This document shows positions 22,801-35,630 of a stretch of DNA of 64,000 nucleotides, piece by piece. Each line of letters begins with the position of its first letter. Positions within the stretch are counted from its first letter, which is position 1. The DNA is from Bilabrum cf. latius. Lineage: Eukaryota. The position numbers and the translations under genes are program-made. The stretch spans positions 620,001 through 684,000 of the forward strand of contig OZ237765.1 in NCBI GenBank assembly GCA_965178125.1. The letters are read 5' to 3'. The notes under the pieces were generated by a model, which had not been told where the DNA came from, searched no databases, and saw only the letters and a program-made list of their open reading frames with translations.

Positions 22801-25800
22801 GGCGCCCGGCACCATGCCCGCTGATCGTGCTCGTGTGACGAGTGAAGCTGGCCCGCACCGAACCTCGTCTGATGGAGCATCGCCAGCCAGTGCGGCGGCA
22901 GCATCTCCAGGGCAGGCACAGCCCGGGTCTCTGCTCGGAGGCAGGGGCATGGGCCGCACGCCTAGGAGCGGATCGGACGATGCGGCGGCGGGGCGGTCTA
23001 GAAGGGCCCTTGAGGTTCATGAAGGTTCGCTCGAAGCAATCATGGAGAGCCCCCCCCGCAGGCATGGCTCTTCGTCTGACGCACGCAATGCTGCAGGAGG
23101 AAGCAGCACGACCCTAGAGAACCTGGCACAGTCTGAGGCTACGGATTCCACAGCAGGTGCGTCTGGTGGCCTGCACGCAGCGGTCAGACCTACATTGGCA
23201 GGCCCGATGCAAGGGCAAGAGTTGGGCACGGATGGGACGGAGCTGGTTCGGCCCGGCAGCACTTCCGCGGGAAGCACGGGCTCCAGCCCTCCTCCAAGCC
23301 CTCCCCCCAGCGGTAGGGAACAAGAGCATCAGGGAACGCCGCCTAGGGATGATTCGTCGGATCCCCCTTCCATCGATCGGGGACGCAGCTCGCCTTCCAT
23401 CGGCCCTGCCATTCGTCATGCGCCGGAAGCCTCACCCTACAGGCGCCGGCTAGGCACACGCGTGGGTGAGGGGCTGGGCATCGAGGGGTTCGGAATCGGG
23501 GGAACTGGAGCCAGCGGCAACCGTGCTGCTGGGGGCGTGTATACAGCCGGGAATGGTGCCACCGGGTCCGCAGCAGTGGTACAGTTCAATCCGGGAAGCA
23601 GCCCCTCTGGCGCTCACGGCTCCACGGTGAGCATGTGGGTCCCCGGGAGTCGGATGGGGCAAGACAGAGAGGCTGGTGCCAGCCCCGTTTCCTCGACCGA
23701 CATGCGGGACGGAAGCTTGGACCACAGCCGCATCTAGAGCGGAAGCAGGGCGAGGGCGGAGACGGGCAGCTCTGCAGGCAGCGGGGGCTAGTCCAGCGGT
23801 CTTGCACTGTAGGACGAGCAAGACCCTCGGTTCACCGTGCCGCCCGCCTCTGAATTGCCTCACCAGCGGCTGCCAGCTCACTCCATCGGCTCCCAGAGCA
23901 GCGGGACCAGCATCGGCACGAAGACCAAGAGCTCCCCGCAGATGGGCCAGCCGAGACCACTACCTCCTGGGGCTGGGCCTGTCGCGCATGCTCATCTGCG
24001 CGTTGCAACGAATTTCGACGGAGGGGCAGCCACCAGCCCCCTGCCTTCTACTTCCTCCGGGCCTGGTTTACGCGGCTCTCCTGCCAGCAACGCAGGAGGC
24101 GCGTTCAGGCCGAGGCTAGAGTCGGTCGGGTCTGCAACCTCGAGTGGTCGTGGGGGCACTGGCACTGGCACTGTCTCAGGGCCAGGGGCTGCCGATGCAC
24201 TTGCTGCGGCAAACCGTCTGCTGGCGAGTGCGTCGGTGCGGTTTCGGTCGCACACTGGCGGCAGCTCTGCCATTGAGGGCGACGTGCACCACGATGACAT
24301 CGACCCAGCCGTGGCAGCAGCAGTTGGCCTCACCCCGGAGGACGAGGGTCCTGACGATCTTGCGTTTGGTGGCAATGGGGCCGTCGAGGACGGAGCAGGA
24401 GGGCACCGAGTGCTCCGTGGCGGCCCACGCCGCAGGGTGTCCATCGGAAGGCAGCTATCCTCCGGCGTAGGCGTGGATGCGAAAGGCGCCAAGGTCCCCC
24501 GTAGGGACGCAGCGGGGCAGCTCTTGGCACGATGGAGGTGGCTGTGGCACGGCTGGCAAGGTGGGTACGGAGGCGTCAGCACGCGCGCGCTGGCACTATG
24601 CGAATCGGCGGCGGTACTCCCCGGCGACGCGATGCCCCTCCTACCCTCTGCCGCAACCGCTCGATTCGCACCTTTGTTACTAGGTTTGTACTCTGGCGAT
24701 TTTCGTGCGGTGCGAGCGTGCATTGAGTCGATCTAGAGTGCCATTAACAGTGGTAGCGGGCAAGCGGCCGGCTAGCTGTCAAGAAGCATGAGCTCGCTCG
24801 TGCATAGAGCGCTGCAAGGATCCAGCGGGGGCCGTGCTGGGACATCTGGTCAGCAACCAGGGAGTTTCACATCCTACCGGAATCGTACTAGCGGATCGGT
24901 GCGGTATGACTGGATGTATGGTGGACCGGATGCGCAGTCCATCCACGGGACGCTAGGCGTGGTCGATGTCACGATTGCTTGCTTGCTCGACGCGGTAACG
25001 CCATCCCTGTGCGACCTGGCCGTGCCTGCGATGGGTCTCGCTGTGGCTGCAGTGCACGCCGGTGACGCTGTGGTGGGCTGGGGCCTGTCCCAATCGAGTT
25101 CCGGCGGCTGGTGGGCGGCCCGCACCGTCACGCTAGGCAACAACGAGTCGGCACGAGCTGGCCCCAGATCGTCGCGAGGCCTAGAAGGCACTATGACTCG
25201 CGCTGGCACAAGCCCAGCTGTTTTCGGAAGCAGCGCCCAGGGAGCCGGCACTCTGCATCGGCACAGCACGCAGGTGCTTCCCAGCGGCATACGGATGCGC
25301 GGGCCCGGCATGCACCCGCACACTCTGTACAGGTGCTTGTCCCTGTCCCTTATGGCAGTGACCACCCTCGCCCACAGGGAGGCCATGATACGCGTGGCTG
25401 CAGACTGGGCACGGTCATTGGGTGCCAAGGGCATCGCAAGGAGCGCAGACATGCAGCTGAGGCAGCTCCGTGCGAGGGACCAGCTCAGGGCAGCGACCAG
25501 GGCTTTCCGCAGGTTCAGCTGCGCGGTGGTCAAGGCGGCGGGGGAGGCCGTGGTCGCAGCATGCAGGAGCGGGCCTGTCTTTGTCGCGGATGATTTGCTT
25601 GCTGATCCAGAGGATGCAGCGAGCAGCAAAGCGGCTGAGGGCGACATTGGAGGAAGGCCGGGCTCGGTCTAGAGCGGGGGCAGCGGAAGCGATGGCAATG
25701 CGTACGAGGAGGCAGAGACTGCTGGAAGAGTACGCTTCGCCCCCAGCACCCCGTCTGGTATTGCTCCTGGCCAGGGCGATGACTAGCCTGAACATGGAGC

Positions 25801-28800
25801 GCTTCATCACGACAGTGGAGATCCGGACGCCACGAGCGGTGCTCCGCCGCGCTGGACCCACGACCCCGTGGCCGATGCCAGTGCTGCGTGCGGCATGCTG
25901 CCGTATGACGCAGAGGAGGCGCTAGCGCTGGCAAGCATGCTGGCTAGAGCTGTAGATCGGGCGGAACGTCGAGCAGCCGCAACCGCTGCTGCCGCAGTGC
26001 CCCGCGGCCGCGGGCCCGGCGTGGGTGCGGCTCGGCAGCTGGCCCTCACTCCAGCAGGCCCCAGGAACGGCCAAGCAGCCCTCGTGGCACAGCGGTCTGG
26101 ACTTGCGCTAGGTACTCCAAAGGTGACGGGTGCAACCCGCCCGTTCCATGGGTCTAGTGTTGCTGCGTATGTGCCTGGTGGGGCGCACCCGGGAGCTAGA
26201 CCTTCATCGCTATCTAGCCTGTCGCTTGGCAGCCGGGGCAGCGAGGGCTCTTTCACCCGGGGCGTGGGTATTCCAGGAGGAAGCGACAGATCGCTTTCTG
26301 CGGTGTGGAATTACGTTCTCGCGCTCGCGGCAGCCGATAGCCGGCTCGCCAGGGTTGTAGCTGATGTGGGGCAGTTTGCCGCGACAGCAGGCATCGCGAG
26401 CGGAGCATAGGCAGAGCTTCAAGCCGTGCTAGGCAGCCCGCTGCCCTTCGACGACGACGAAAACGACGAAAGGGGTGAAAGTCGTGCTGGAAATGGGGGC
26501 AACACTGCCGCACAATTCCTCGCGGCCGCTGATCGGAAGCACCAGAAGTCCACCGGCCTGCTCACTCGAAGAGACGCGAAGGAAGGCACGCCCGAATCGG
26601 GCACTTCGTCCGTGACGGATGCAGCCTCTTCCGCTGGAACAAGAGCATCACCGCGGGCAGGTGCGGGCTTGCTTGAGTCGCCTCGGATCAGGCGTGCTGG
26701 TGCCTCGTCACTACTACTCGAGGGAACGAGCAAATCCGTCTTTGGGGCGTCGTTCCGGGTCAGGCGACAGGCGAATGACCCAAACGAAAGTGGTACTGTT
26801 GAGCATGGACGCAACGGCAGCGGTAGCGGCAGCGGCAGCATCAGTAGCACAGATGCGCAGTCTAGCGGCGCACACAAGACAATCGGCGACAGCCTCCGTG
26901 GCAGTGGCCTGCCGTGGGCCTCAAGACCGGAGCGGTGGCTGCACGGGAGCACTCGCGGTCCTGGTATCGCGGTGGTTCTGCAGCTGGCGGGCATGTGTGC
27001 CACCGAAGAAGGGGCAATGGCGCAGGCAATACATGCCGCGCAGCAGCAGCAGCAGCAGCAGGACAACGGCGCTAGCAGGAAAGGGAGCATGCTATCGAGG
27101 GCGTCAAGGGTGATATCCGCCATGGCCCAGCCAAGCACGCCTCTCGGACAACTGGGCGGCCGGAGCACTCGTCACATCGGTAATCATGCACCGGGCACAG
27201 CCGGTCCTGCAGCAGGCGGCTCACCATCCCCCGCCAGTCCCCGGTCCTTCCTCTCTCGCCTTGCATCGGCCCGTATCCTGGGGGCGAGGGCGACGCCGCC
27301 TATGGGACCTCAGGGCGCAGGCATTGCCGGTGATGGTGTACCTGCAACGGCCAGCAAGGCTATCTCAACAAGAGGATCGTCAGGGACTCTGAAGGTAGCA
27401 TTGGGGCGAGGCGGTGCGTCTGCCCAGGCCGTCGCAATGGAAGACGGGGGCAGCACCGGTCTGCATGGGCTGGGCGTTGGACAGGTCGGCAGGGTCGGCA
27501 GCTCACTGAGCCGCCTGGTGAAATTCAAGGCGGCTCAAGGTAGCATGTGGGACAGGGCGGGTGGTCGGCTTTTGCGTCTCGCGAAAGGCGCCGTCCGGGG
27601 TCGTGGTGGAGCCACGGGCGATTTCGTGGCGAGGCTTCACCGGCGCGTGACGAGCATTATGCTGCCATTGGATTCTAGTGTGTCGCGTCGGGGGGGGGCT
27701 GGGTCTCAAAAGAGCACATCGCTGCGAGATGCGGGGTTTGTGCGATCACGAGTGGCGGATGCATTCTGCTTGCTGTGCGCTCTGTGTCGGGTAGTGACGG
27801 CGTCCCAGCTGGCTAGTTCCAGCACCGGGGTTTTCGGCTCGGAGGGCGCATCCGCAGTGAGCGTGCTGTCGTGCTTGGACTCCCTAGCCTGCTGCTTGGA
27901 GTCCCCGGCACTGGCCGCCGCCACGCCGCGCTCTCCCCCCTTGCTTGCTTGTCTCCGCGGAGCCGTTATTCCCACTATCCTGGGAGTGTTCTCCGCGGCC
28001 AGGGCCGGCCTCGCTGCCGGACGCGGAAGCGGAAACGGCGGCAGCACTGCACGAGGGGGTCGTGCGGGGGGGGTGTCCAGGGCCAAGAGCGCCCTTCGGA
28101 TGCCATCAGGGGGGGCCTGGCGGCTCGCGCTCAGGTGTCTGGAGGCGCTGTGGGCGCTGCACCGGCGGTGGATTAAGCCAGAACTGCACGCTATCGTGAG
28201 CACGGTCCTTCCTGCTGCTCTTGGCTCCTCGGCCGGGCTGCCCTCGAGGCAATCCGAGGTGTTGAGCATGGTCCATCGGTGGATTCCGCTGCCGACTGAC
28301 ATCTGGGGCATGTACCTGAACTTCGACCTCTACGGGCCCCACGGAGCCCCGGGGGCGCGCGCACTCCGGTCCCTCGCTGATGCTGCGGCGCGAGCACTCG
28401 TGGACCGCACCTAGCAGAGGTACATGGCCCCGACCGCGACGTCTGAGCAGGACGCTGTAGCAGATCTTCTGGCTATCAAGTAGCAGCAAGGCAGCGGGTC
28501 GGGGTCTGTGCGGGCCCCCCGGCGAGCGAGCGAGATGGGTGGAAAGCCAAGTGCCAGCCACAGCTCGAGTGAGGGCGAGGCCAAGCATGAGAGCAACGAC
28601 TTGGACCACGAGTCGATCTGGCAGCAGCCGTCAGAAGTGCTGGGCGAGGTGGGCGATGCTGCCCTACTTCGGGCCGGCGATTCAGTGGCACAGCTGGTCT
28701 CGTACCAGCGCAGGTGCGCGGCCATGATCAGCGAACTTCTCCGACCCGTAGCCGACGCTGCCGGGACGCTACACCTGCACCTTCGCGACACCAGCAGTGG

Positions 28801-31800
28801 CGGGAACGGCTAGAACGGTCAGCAAGGGGGACCTTCAACCGTAGGCCCTGCCTCAGGTGGTGACAGCCCACCCTCACCCGCGCTAGGCTAGGACGGACAC
28901 ACCGGCACACCGGGAAGCCTCTCCCTGGGGTCACCGGGACGGGGGCTGAGCACGCCGCAGCAGCCTCGGCATGGGCAGGCGAGCGGTGCCCACCCGGCGC
29001 CGTCCACAGCCCAGGCCAGGGTTTCGTCTGGCAGGGTCGGACTCCTCGCCGGGGACTCGGACGCAGACTCTGCCAGGAGCACGCCCCGCGGTGCGGGAGG
29101 GCTATCGATACTGTCTCTTCCCGCAGGAGCAACCGAGGCAGGCAGCGAGCCCGGGGCCAGGGACTCCAGGCGAGGTACGCCGCATTCGACCTCTCCGCCC
29201 GTGTCCAGGCGAGCGGCGGACGGACCGGACCTTGGAGGCTCGGGGCGGCCCGGGCATAGGAGGGCACGAACAGCGCCAGACACATGGACGTACCCCGAAG
29301 GTCTCGCCGGCGCTCTCGATGGCGGTGCCCATGGCGGCAGTGACGTCGGTGATGCCTCCAGCGCCCCCGGCATGGCAAGGAGGATGGGCGGCGAGAAGGC
29401 ACTGTAGACGCCGTCTCTCCCTTCCAGGGCTGGCCAGCACGATGCGGGAGAGGCGGGCTCGCCGCTCATTCGGGCACCGAATCCAAATTCCCAGAGTGGC
29501 ATGCTGACGAGTGTTGAAAGCGGGACGCGGATCACCGGCGTGGGTCCCACTGGTCCTGCCACGAGTCACGCAGGCGCTGTGACGCCCAGGGCACACGGCA
29601 GCCCGCTGCGAAAGGCTGTATCGGTGCGACTTCCTTCCCCTCTGATGGGTGGGATGCTGGCGGGTGACGGTGGAGGGGAGAGGCCGGATCCACCCAGCGG
29701 AAAGAGCAGCGCGGCCTCACTACGGATACGCGTTGGGAGCGGTAGCGGGCTCGCTGGCGCGAATGCGCGCGGTGTCTCAGTCTCCCAGCGCCTGCCTCGG
29801 TTCCTGGTGCTGCCGCGCATGCAGGAGCCGGACGAGAGGGATGCTGATTTGAGGCGGCTGGAGCAAGCAATCGACAAGGCAGTGGCCATCTGTGAGGAGA
29901 AAGAGAGCCTCAGGAAGGCGCTATTGCACCTGATGAAAGAGGGCGTCATCGCGCCAATGGAAGCACTCGAGGAGGCTGCAGGGCGGCTCGTTGAAAAAGA
30001 GGCCGCCGCAGCCAGACCGTCCTTTGCGTCAGGCAGGCAGGACTCAGGAGAAGCACATGGTAGTGCCAGCCGAAAAGACTTGGACGACATGCTAGCCCAA
30101 GAGGGTGTAACCAGTGTGAACGATGACGACGATGGCGAGGGTGGGCCTAGTGACCGTGGCGATGGCGAAGACGATGCCGATGACGATGCCGGCTGGGACT
30201 GTATCGGTACAACCGGCAAGCCAGGCTAGCAGAGTGGTGAAAACCGTGACGGGGATGACAGTGGAGATGATGACGGTCTCCTGGAAGCTCCTCCGCTCGC
30301 GCAAGTTGACGAAGGCGACAAAGTCGCCCGTACCACGGACGGACAGGATGGAAAGGGCACGCGGGAGCGCGCTCCCAAGCCGCGCGCTAGCAAGGAATGC
30401 GTGGAGGATGTGGTGGAGATGATCCGCTACCTGTCGCAGGCGGTGGGCGAGGCCGCGGTAGGTGATTTCATCTCGGAGCCTGGCAAGAACGACCTGGAGG
30501 CTGACCTCATCCGCAGCTGCAGGTGGAGGATCATCGCCTCTCTCGATTTCCGGGACCTTCCATTCGACGCCGCGCTCCGCAAACTGCTCACAAAGAGCGG
30601 GTTTAGGCTACCAGGCGAGGCACAGAAGATCGAAAGAGTTGCGCAAACGTTCGCGCAGGTGTACGCGGCGCAGAACCCGCACCCTCAGCGCAGGGAGGAG
30701 CGTCGCCTGGGAAGCGGCTCAGCAGACAGCAAGGCACACTAGGGCCACTAGAAGGAGGAGTCGCGCACATCCAAGCCGGAATCCAAAGCACCTACCGAAG
30801 AAGAAGATGCAAGCAGCAGCAGCGGCAGCGGCAGCAGCAGCGGCCATGGCGGTACGAAGACTCCGCAGCCGCTCGCTTTGGCCCTTCCTGACGGCCGGTT
30901 GTATCCCTACAACGAAGACGTCCCATTCATCCTGTGCTACTCCCTGATCATGCTCAACACGGACGCGTACAACCCAGCCATCCGAGAGGACCGTCGGATG
31001 ACGCTCAAGCAGTTCCTGTCAAACAACAGGGGGGTTGACCAGGACGAGAACTCCCAGCCGAGGGACCTGCCCGTGGCATTCCTGTCGCACCTCTACGCCG
31101 CGATCAAGAAGGAAGAGATCAAGGCGCTCAAGATGGCAGCTCCCGCGCCGGCACCAAAAGACGCGTCTGGCAGGGCAGCTCAGGAGGCGGAAGAGGCCAG
31201 AAAGAACGCAAACCTGGCAGCAGATGCTATCCTGGGCAACGCTTCCACGTTCGGCGGTGACGTGGAGGCAGCTGCGGCACACGCCTCGAGTCGCCTTGAG
31301 GTGGTGCTCGAGTCCAAGCACCAGTGGCTCGTGTGCCCATGGCGGAGGGCTACTGGCAGGCGTGTGCTCCGATGCCTGGTGCGAGACCTGTGGCCGGCTG
31401 TGGACCGGGTCATGAGGTTCGTGGGCAACCTCAGCGAGTCGCCCATGCCGCAGCACATGATGCGAAGGGGTGACCCGAGGAACGACGGAATCGCGCAGAA
31501 GCACTGCCTGGATGCGCTCAAGCACGCCCTGACGGCCTTCTTGTTCCTTGGGCTGGCCAAGCAGGCCACCGAGGCGGCCGGCTTGCTCGCCCGCATCGAG
31601 GAGCTGTACGCGCCGGCCATGTCGCCCAATCCGTCCGCCAATGCGCTGCTCGACTCGTTCGGGGCCCACGGAGTGGGCGGGGCCCAGGCCACCGAGGGCG
31701 CGGGGGGCGGGAGTTCCTCGCAGCGGGGGAGGCAGTCGCCCTGGTTCCGGTTTGTGGTTGCGACCGCGCTGCAGTCCCAGGCCGAGGCGCAGGCTCGGCA

Positions 31801-32977
31801 GTCGGGCAAGCTGGCCGGTGCCGCCGCTTCGGGCGCCGGTGCCGCGACCGGTGCCGCCCCTCCGTCCGGTCCTTCTTTTGGCCCTAGGGGCTCGGGCCCC
31901 TCCCCCGCAGCCGACCCTGTGCTGGACGCTGTGGCCGTGGTGCACACGGTGGTGAGCGAGGTGGTGGCAGTGGCCTCCACTCGGTCGGACGAGATGAACC
32001 TCCTGCTGACCGCGGGCAGATTCACGGAGGAGGCCCGGGCCAGGCTAACCAACGACAGGAGGAGAAGGGTGCTGCACGAAGGGGCCCTGACCAAGTTCGC
32101 GAAGGGCGGGAGGGGGTCTGCGAGGCAGTATCGGTTCTTTCTGTTCACGGACCTGCTGGTGTACGGGAAGGAGGGCTGGAGGGGCCGCTCCCTCGTGGCC
32201 CACCAGGTCATTCCCGTCCACGACGCGGTGGTGGGGATCGACCCGGAGCCGTTATTGTCCCGGGGCGTGCCCGAGGGCTGCGGCCTTCGGATCCGCACGC
32301 AGGTGAAGGACCTGTTCCTCGTCGCCCAGTCCCCCCGTGAGTCCGCCGAGTGGTCCAGGCGGGTGCAGCTGGCTGCTAGGGAGAGAAGGCGGGCCATGGG
32401 TCTGTCGCCCATGTCGCACGAGCTGCCGAAGGGAGGAAGGACACCTGGGGAACAATCGCACTCGTCACAGGCCCGTCCGGTTGCTGCACCCCATACTGGG
32501 GGGCAAGAAGAGCGGGAGGGCAGTAGGAGCAGAGCGGGGTCTGGGCCTTTGCTTGGGGCACCGGCATCCCGGGGAGATGGCGCAGGCGAACAGGTCGGTG
32601 GGACGGGTGGCGCACAGCCGGGGAAAGGGCAGCACGAGCGGATGAAGCGGCTCAAGGCGGTGTTCCGGCTCGCTGTGGCTGCCTCTCGTCCGCTGCTGTC
32701 CGGGGGGAGTTCCGCTGACTCGCGCGGCGCCCCGATACGGATCTCGGACGGGGACAAGGCGCGGCTGTACGGGCTTCACATGCAGGCCCTGCAAGGCGAC
32801 GCCAAGGAGGGCAGGGATGGGGGGGGCGGTCGGCCCGAGGCGCTGCAACGGGCGTGGCGGAGCCTCGCGGGGATGAGGCGGCGGGACGCGATGCGTCGGT
32901 TCATCGCAGAGATGGACCGAGTGGCGCCCTGGTGGAGGGCATCGGCTGCCGAGGGGCGGGATGCGGCAGGGCGGTGA
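19871..32977 (+). CDS. Giant Sec7-domain ArfGEF with MABP-like, HUS-like, Sec7, PH and acyl-CoA-binding (ACBP) domains, ~4368 aa, single exon (start could be ATG 20057)
   Basis: A 13.1-kb frame with no TAA or TGA until TGA 32975-32977, and about 22 internal TAGs. MABP-like repeats (PPITDIVLI; PPVTGIALL..PPGF; PLYLCK; AYLCYRK) lie at ~21600-22445 and a HUS-like GMYLNFD at ~28310. Sec7 motifs FRLPGEAQKIER (~30600) and YSLIMLNTDAYNP (~30940) follow. A PH domain (LHEGALTK..RFFLFTDLLVY..EWSRRV) is at ~32070-32390 and ACBP (LYGLHMQALQGD..AWRSLAGM..AMRRFI..PWW) at ~32640-32940. Confidence 0.88.
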
Positions 32978-33130
32978 GGGTGACGGCAAGAGTGACGTGT
33001 TGTGGTGGCTGCAGATGGATGTGGTCCGACAGGATTCTATCCCATGAATCCGTGCAATATCCGAATGAAATAGATGGCTGCGATCAATTCGTCTGCGGGC
33101 TTGAAGCCCCTCCAATGCCAAGGTGCTCCC

Positions 33131-34561
33131 TCATGTCCTCGCCTTCTTGGCCGGACGCTCGTCCTTGCCCTTGCGCTTCTTTTTCGCGTCGATCGCCTTG
33201 CTCACGAAGTCCCGCACGACCCAAAATGTGGCAGCGTCAATACCATCGATGTCGATTTCAATGTCATCAGCATCAATCTGCGATCAGTGGCGAGCAAAAC
33301 TGTAGGATAGGGAGTCCCTGCTAGACAAGAGCTAGCCAGTGCAGCATCAACCGATTCGGAACCGTACCTTTCGAATGCACCGTTCGCAGCGCTGGTCCAA
33401 TATCTGTACGACTTTGCCTAGGTCCTCGCTGTTGATGGCGTAGATCGACTGGGCGAACGACTTCTTGTCAGCAAGGCCAGGCTGCCTGCGAGAGTTGGCG
33501 TGGCTAGAAGGCAGCTTGCGTTTCCACAGTTCATTCGATGCTGCTTATTATACATATTGTATTCAAAGTCACATATGCTTACCTGGTCTCCTCTTGGGCT
33601 GCGTTGAATGGAAAACAAGAGCAACGAATGCGAGCGATAGCATGCACAGTGGATCCCCAGCATGCCAGCAATTGGGTTAGTGCGCTCACGAGCTGAGTCA
33701 CGAATCTTCTTGAACTTCTCCAAAAAGGTCCTCTTGAAATCCTATGCGAGCTGGTAGTACTCAGATCCATCCTGCAGATTCATTTTGAGCAGGCAAGCAA
33801 TTGAACCTCAATAGGGACATGCACGGCTCAGGATGGACCATCACGATATCACGAGGCTCACTCGGTTGTAAATCATGCAGTTGTCCCAAATGAGGAGCAT
33901 GTCCTGCTCGAATTCTGCTACTGAGCTGTACTGACCGGCCTCCATTTTTTGCTGCGAAGCTTGCAACAGGGGCTAGTAGAACATGTGGCTTTCAAGTAAG
34001 TCATCTAATGCCCTCTAACTAATGTCATACCACGCATAATAGTCACATGTAGCCATTGGTACGATAAGGGGTCCGTAGGAACAGCAAAATTAGTGCTTGC
34101 ACGGCGTGTCAAACTTACCAGCATGGTGCCGAGGTCCATCGGATGCTTCACAAGCTTGGGATAGTCATTCAAGCCCCATTTCTTCCATGGCACCGGCTCC
34201 AAGAAAGGTGCTGCAAATGAAAGGATCGAATGAAAAGACTCAGAAACAGCATTGGCGAGGCGAAAGAGCAATCGACCTTTGAACCAGGTCGACACGAATT
34301 CGTTCCAATATCAACGTGGATGGGCTGCACTAAGCTTGCCGCGACCACTTGGCAAGCATCATCAAATTGTTCTTACCGGCCTTGGGGTGCTTCGTAAACC
34401 AGGAGAGGAGCTTAGCACACTGCGGGTGGATTTGGAACGGAGCGACAACCATCGACCTCTGCGATGTGCTCGACGCGAAAATTCCGAGCAAAATCGCTAG
34501 TCAGGGGCCTCACTTGATCCATGGCTGCATCTAGGCTACCAGTCGATGAGGATGCTGCCAT
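33131..34561 (-). CDS. Single-bromodomain plus extra-terminal (ET) domain protein (BET/GTE-like), ~211 aa, 8 exons
   Basis: Exons 34561-34514, 34419-34377, 34210-34119, 33951-33862, 33771-33690, 33598-33583, 33485-33368 and 33277-33131. All introns are GT-AG and phase-consistent (636 nt total). Bromodomain: PFLEPVPWKKWGLNDYPKLVKHPMDLGTM...IWDNCMIYN. ET: DIEIDIDGIDAATFWVVRDFV. One TAG (33742); ends in TGA. Confidence 0.88.
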
Positions 34562-34677
34562 AATTTTGCTAGTATTGAGCTTGATCAGGAACTTGCTTCA
34601 GCCACAAAACGCACGCAACCAACAAATCCACGAAAGATAGCACTGCCGGAGACAGTCCTGTGCTTCAACTAGACACG
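34562..34677. promoter_or_regulatory. 116-bp divergent intergenic region, probable bidirectional promoter
   Basis: Between ATG 34561 (-) and ATG 34678 (+). Confidence 0.45.
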
Positions 34678-35376
34678 ATGGCGTAAGAGTGTTTCCTTGT
34701 ATGTCATTTGTTGCTTGCGCTTGGCGCGCATGCACTGCCACCATAATGATCTCCTTGAACCTACCACACAGATCGAAGGTGTTCGACCCCGCCTCTGCGA
34801 ACGATCTCTTGACGCGAAGTGAGATTGCGACGGATTTCGTATCCCCAAATGCTATTTTGAAACAGTGATCGCGAGTACCTTTGCTTTTCTGCCGTCTCGT
34901 GGGGTGCAGGAAGCCAGTTCGTATCGGCGCAGTTCCAAGCATAGGCAAGTACCACCTTAAGTGATCCTGCGCAACTTAATGTGGCATTGATCACTGTTGA
35001 TTCGAGCAAGATCCCGACTGCAGCTGCGGGATTGGCTTCTGCTGCGGCTTTGGCCGAGGCCGGCATCGCAGCTTACCACGAGCCGGCCACCAGTCCCTCC
35101 AAGGCAAAGTCCCCAGACTCAAGCCCGCTCACCGTGCCAAGGTCTACGGCGTCGTCATCAAAAGCAAGCGCACCACCAGCTTCGAGCGCCAGCAAGTGGG
35201 GCCGCGGCCCGGCAGTCGCTGCAAAGGGTGGCGCAGGGGGCGGGCCTGTGCGAGCAGCAGCAGTGGGTGCGCGAGCAGGTGCCCCAAAGGCAGCACCAGG
35301 TGCGGGCGGGGCTAATACGGGGAGTTGGAGAGGTATGGGAGCTGGATCAGGGGGCCGTGGGGCAAAGCGAGGCTGA
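34678..35376 (+). CDS. Small Ala/Gly/Ser-rich hypothetical protein, join(34678..34682,34772..34818,34910..35376)
   Basis: ATG GC|GTAAGA...CACAG and A|GTGAGA...GTGCAG introns are phase-consistent. It translates as MASKVFDPASANDLLTRRSQFVSAQFQA*ASTT... with one TAG (34942) and ends in TGA 35374-35376. Confidence 0.6.
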
Positions 35377-35630
35377 GCGCGCGTCACAGTGCCAGTGGCC
35401 CAGGTGCCGCTCGCACGGGATCATCATGCATTCGCGCTCTCTCTGGGGAGATCTATTGATCTTCCGTGATTCTGAAATGAAAGCATAACACTCTAGTTTC
35501 CAATGAATTCGGTGCCCTGCGAGCTAACATCCAACGGTTTTGGTTGGCATTTATGCCGTGGCATTGAAGTCTGCCTTCTTTGCTGCCTTCCTTGTAGGCC
35601 TATGTTTTATGTACAAGCCATCCATTCGTG

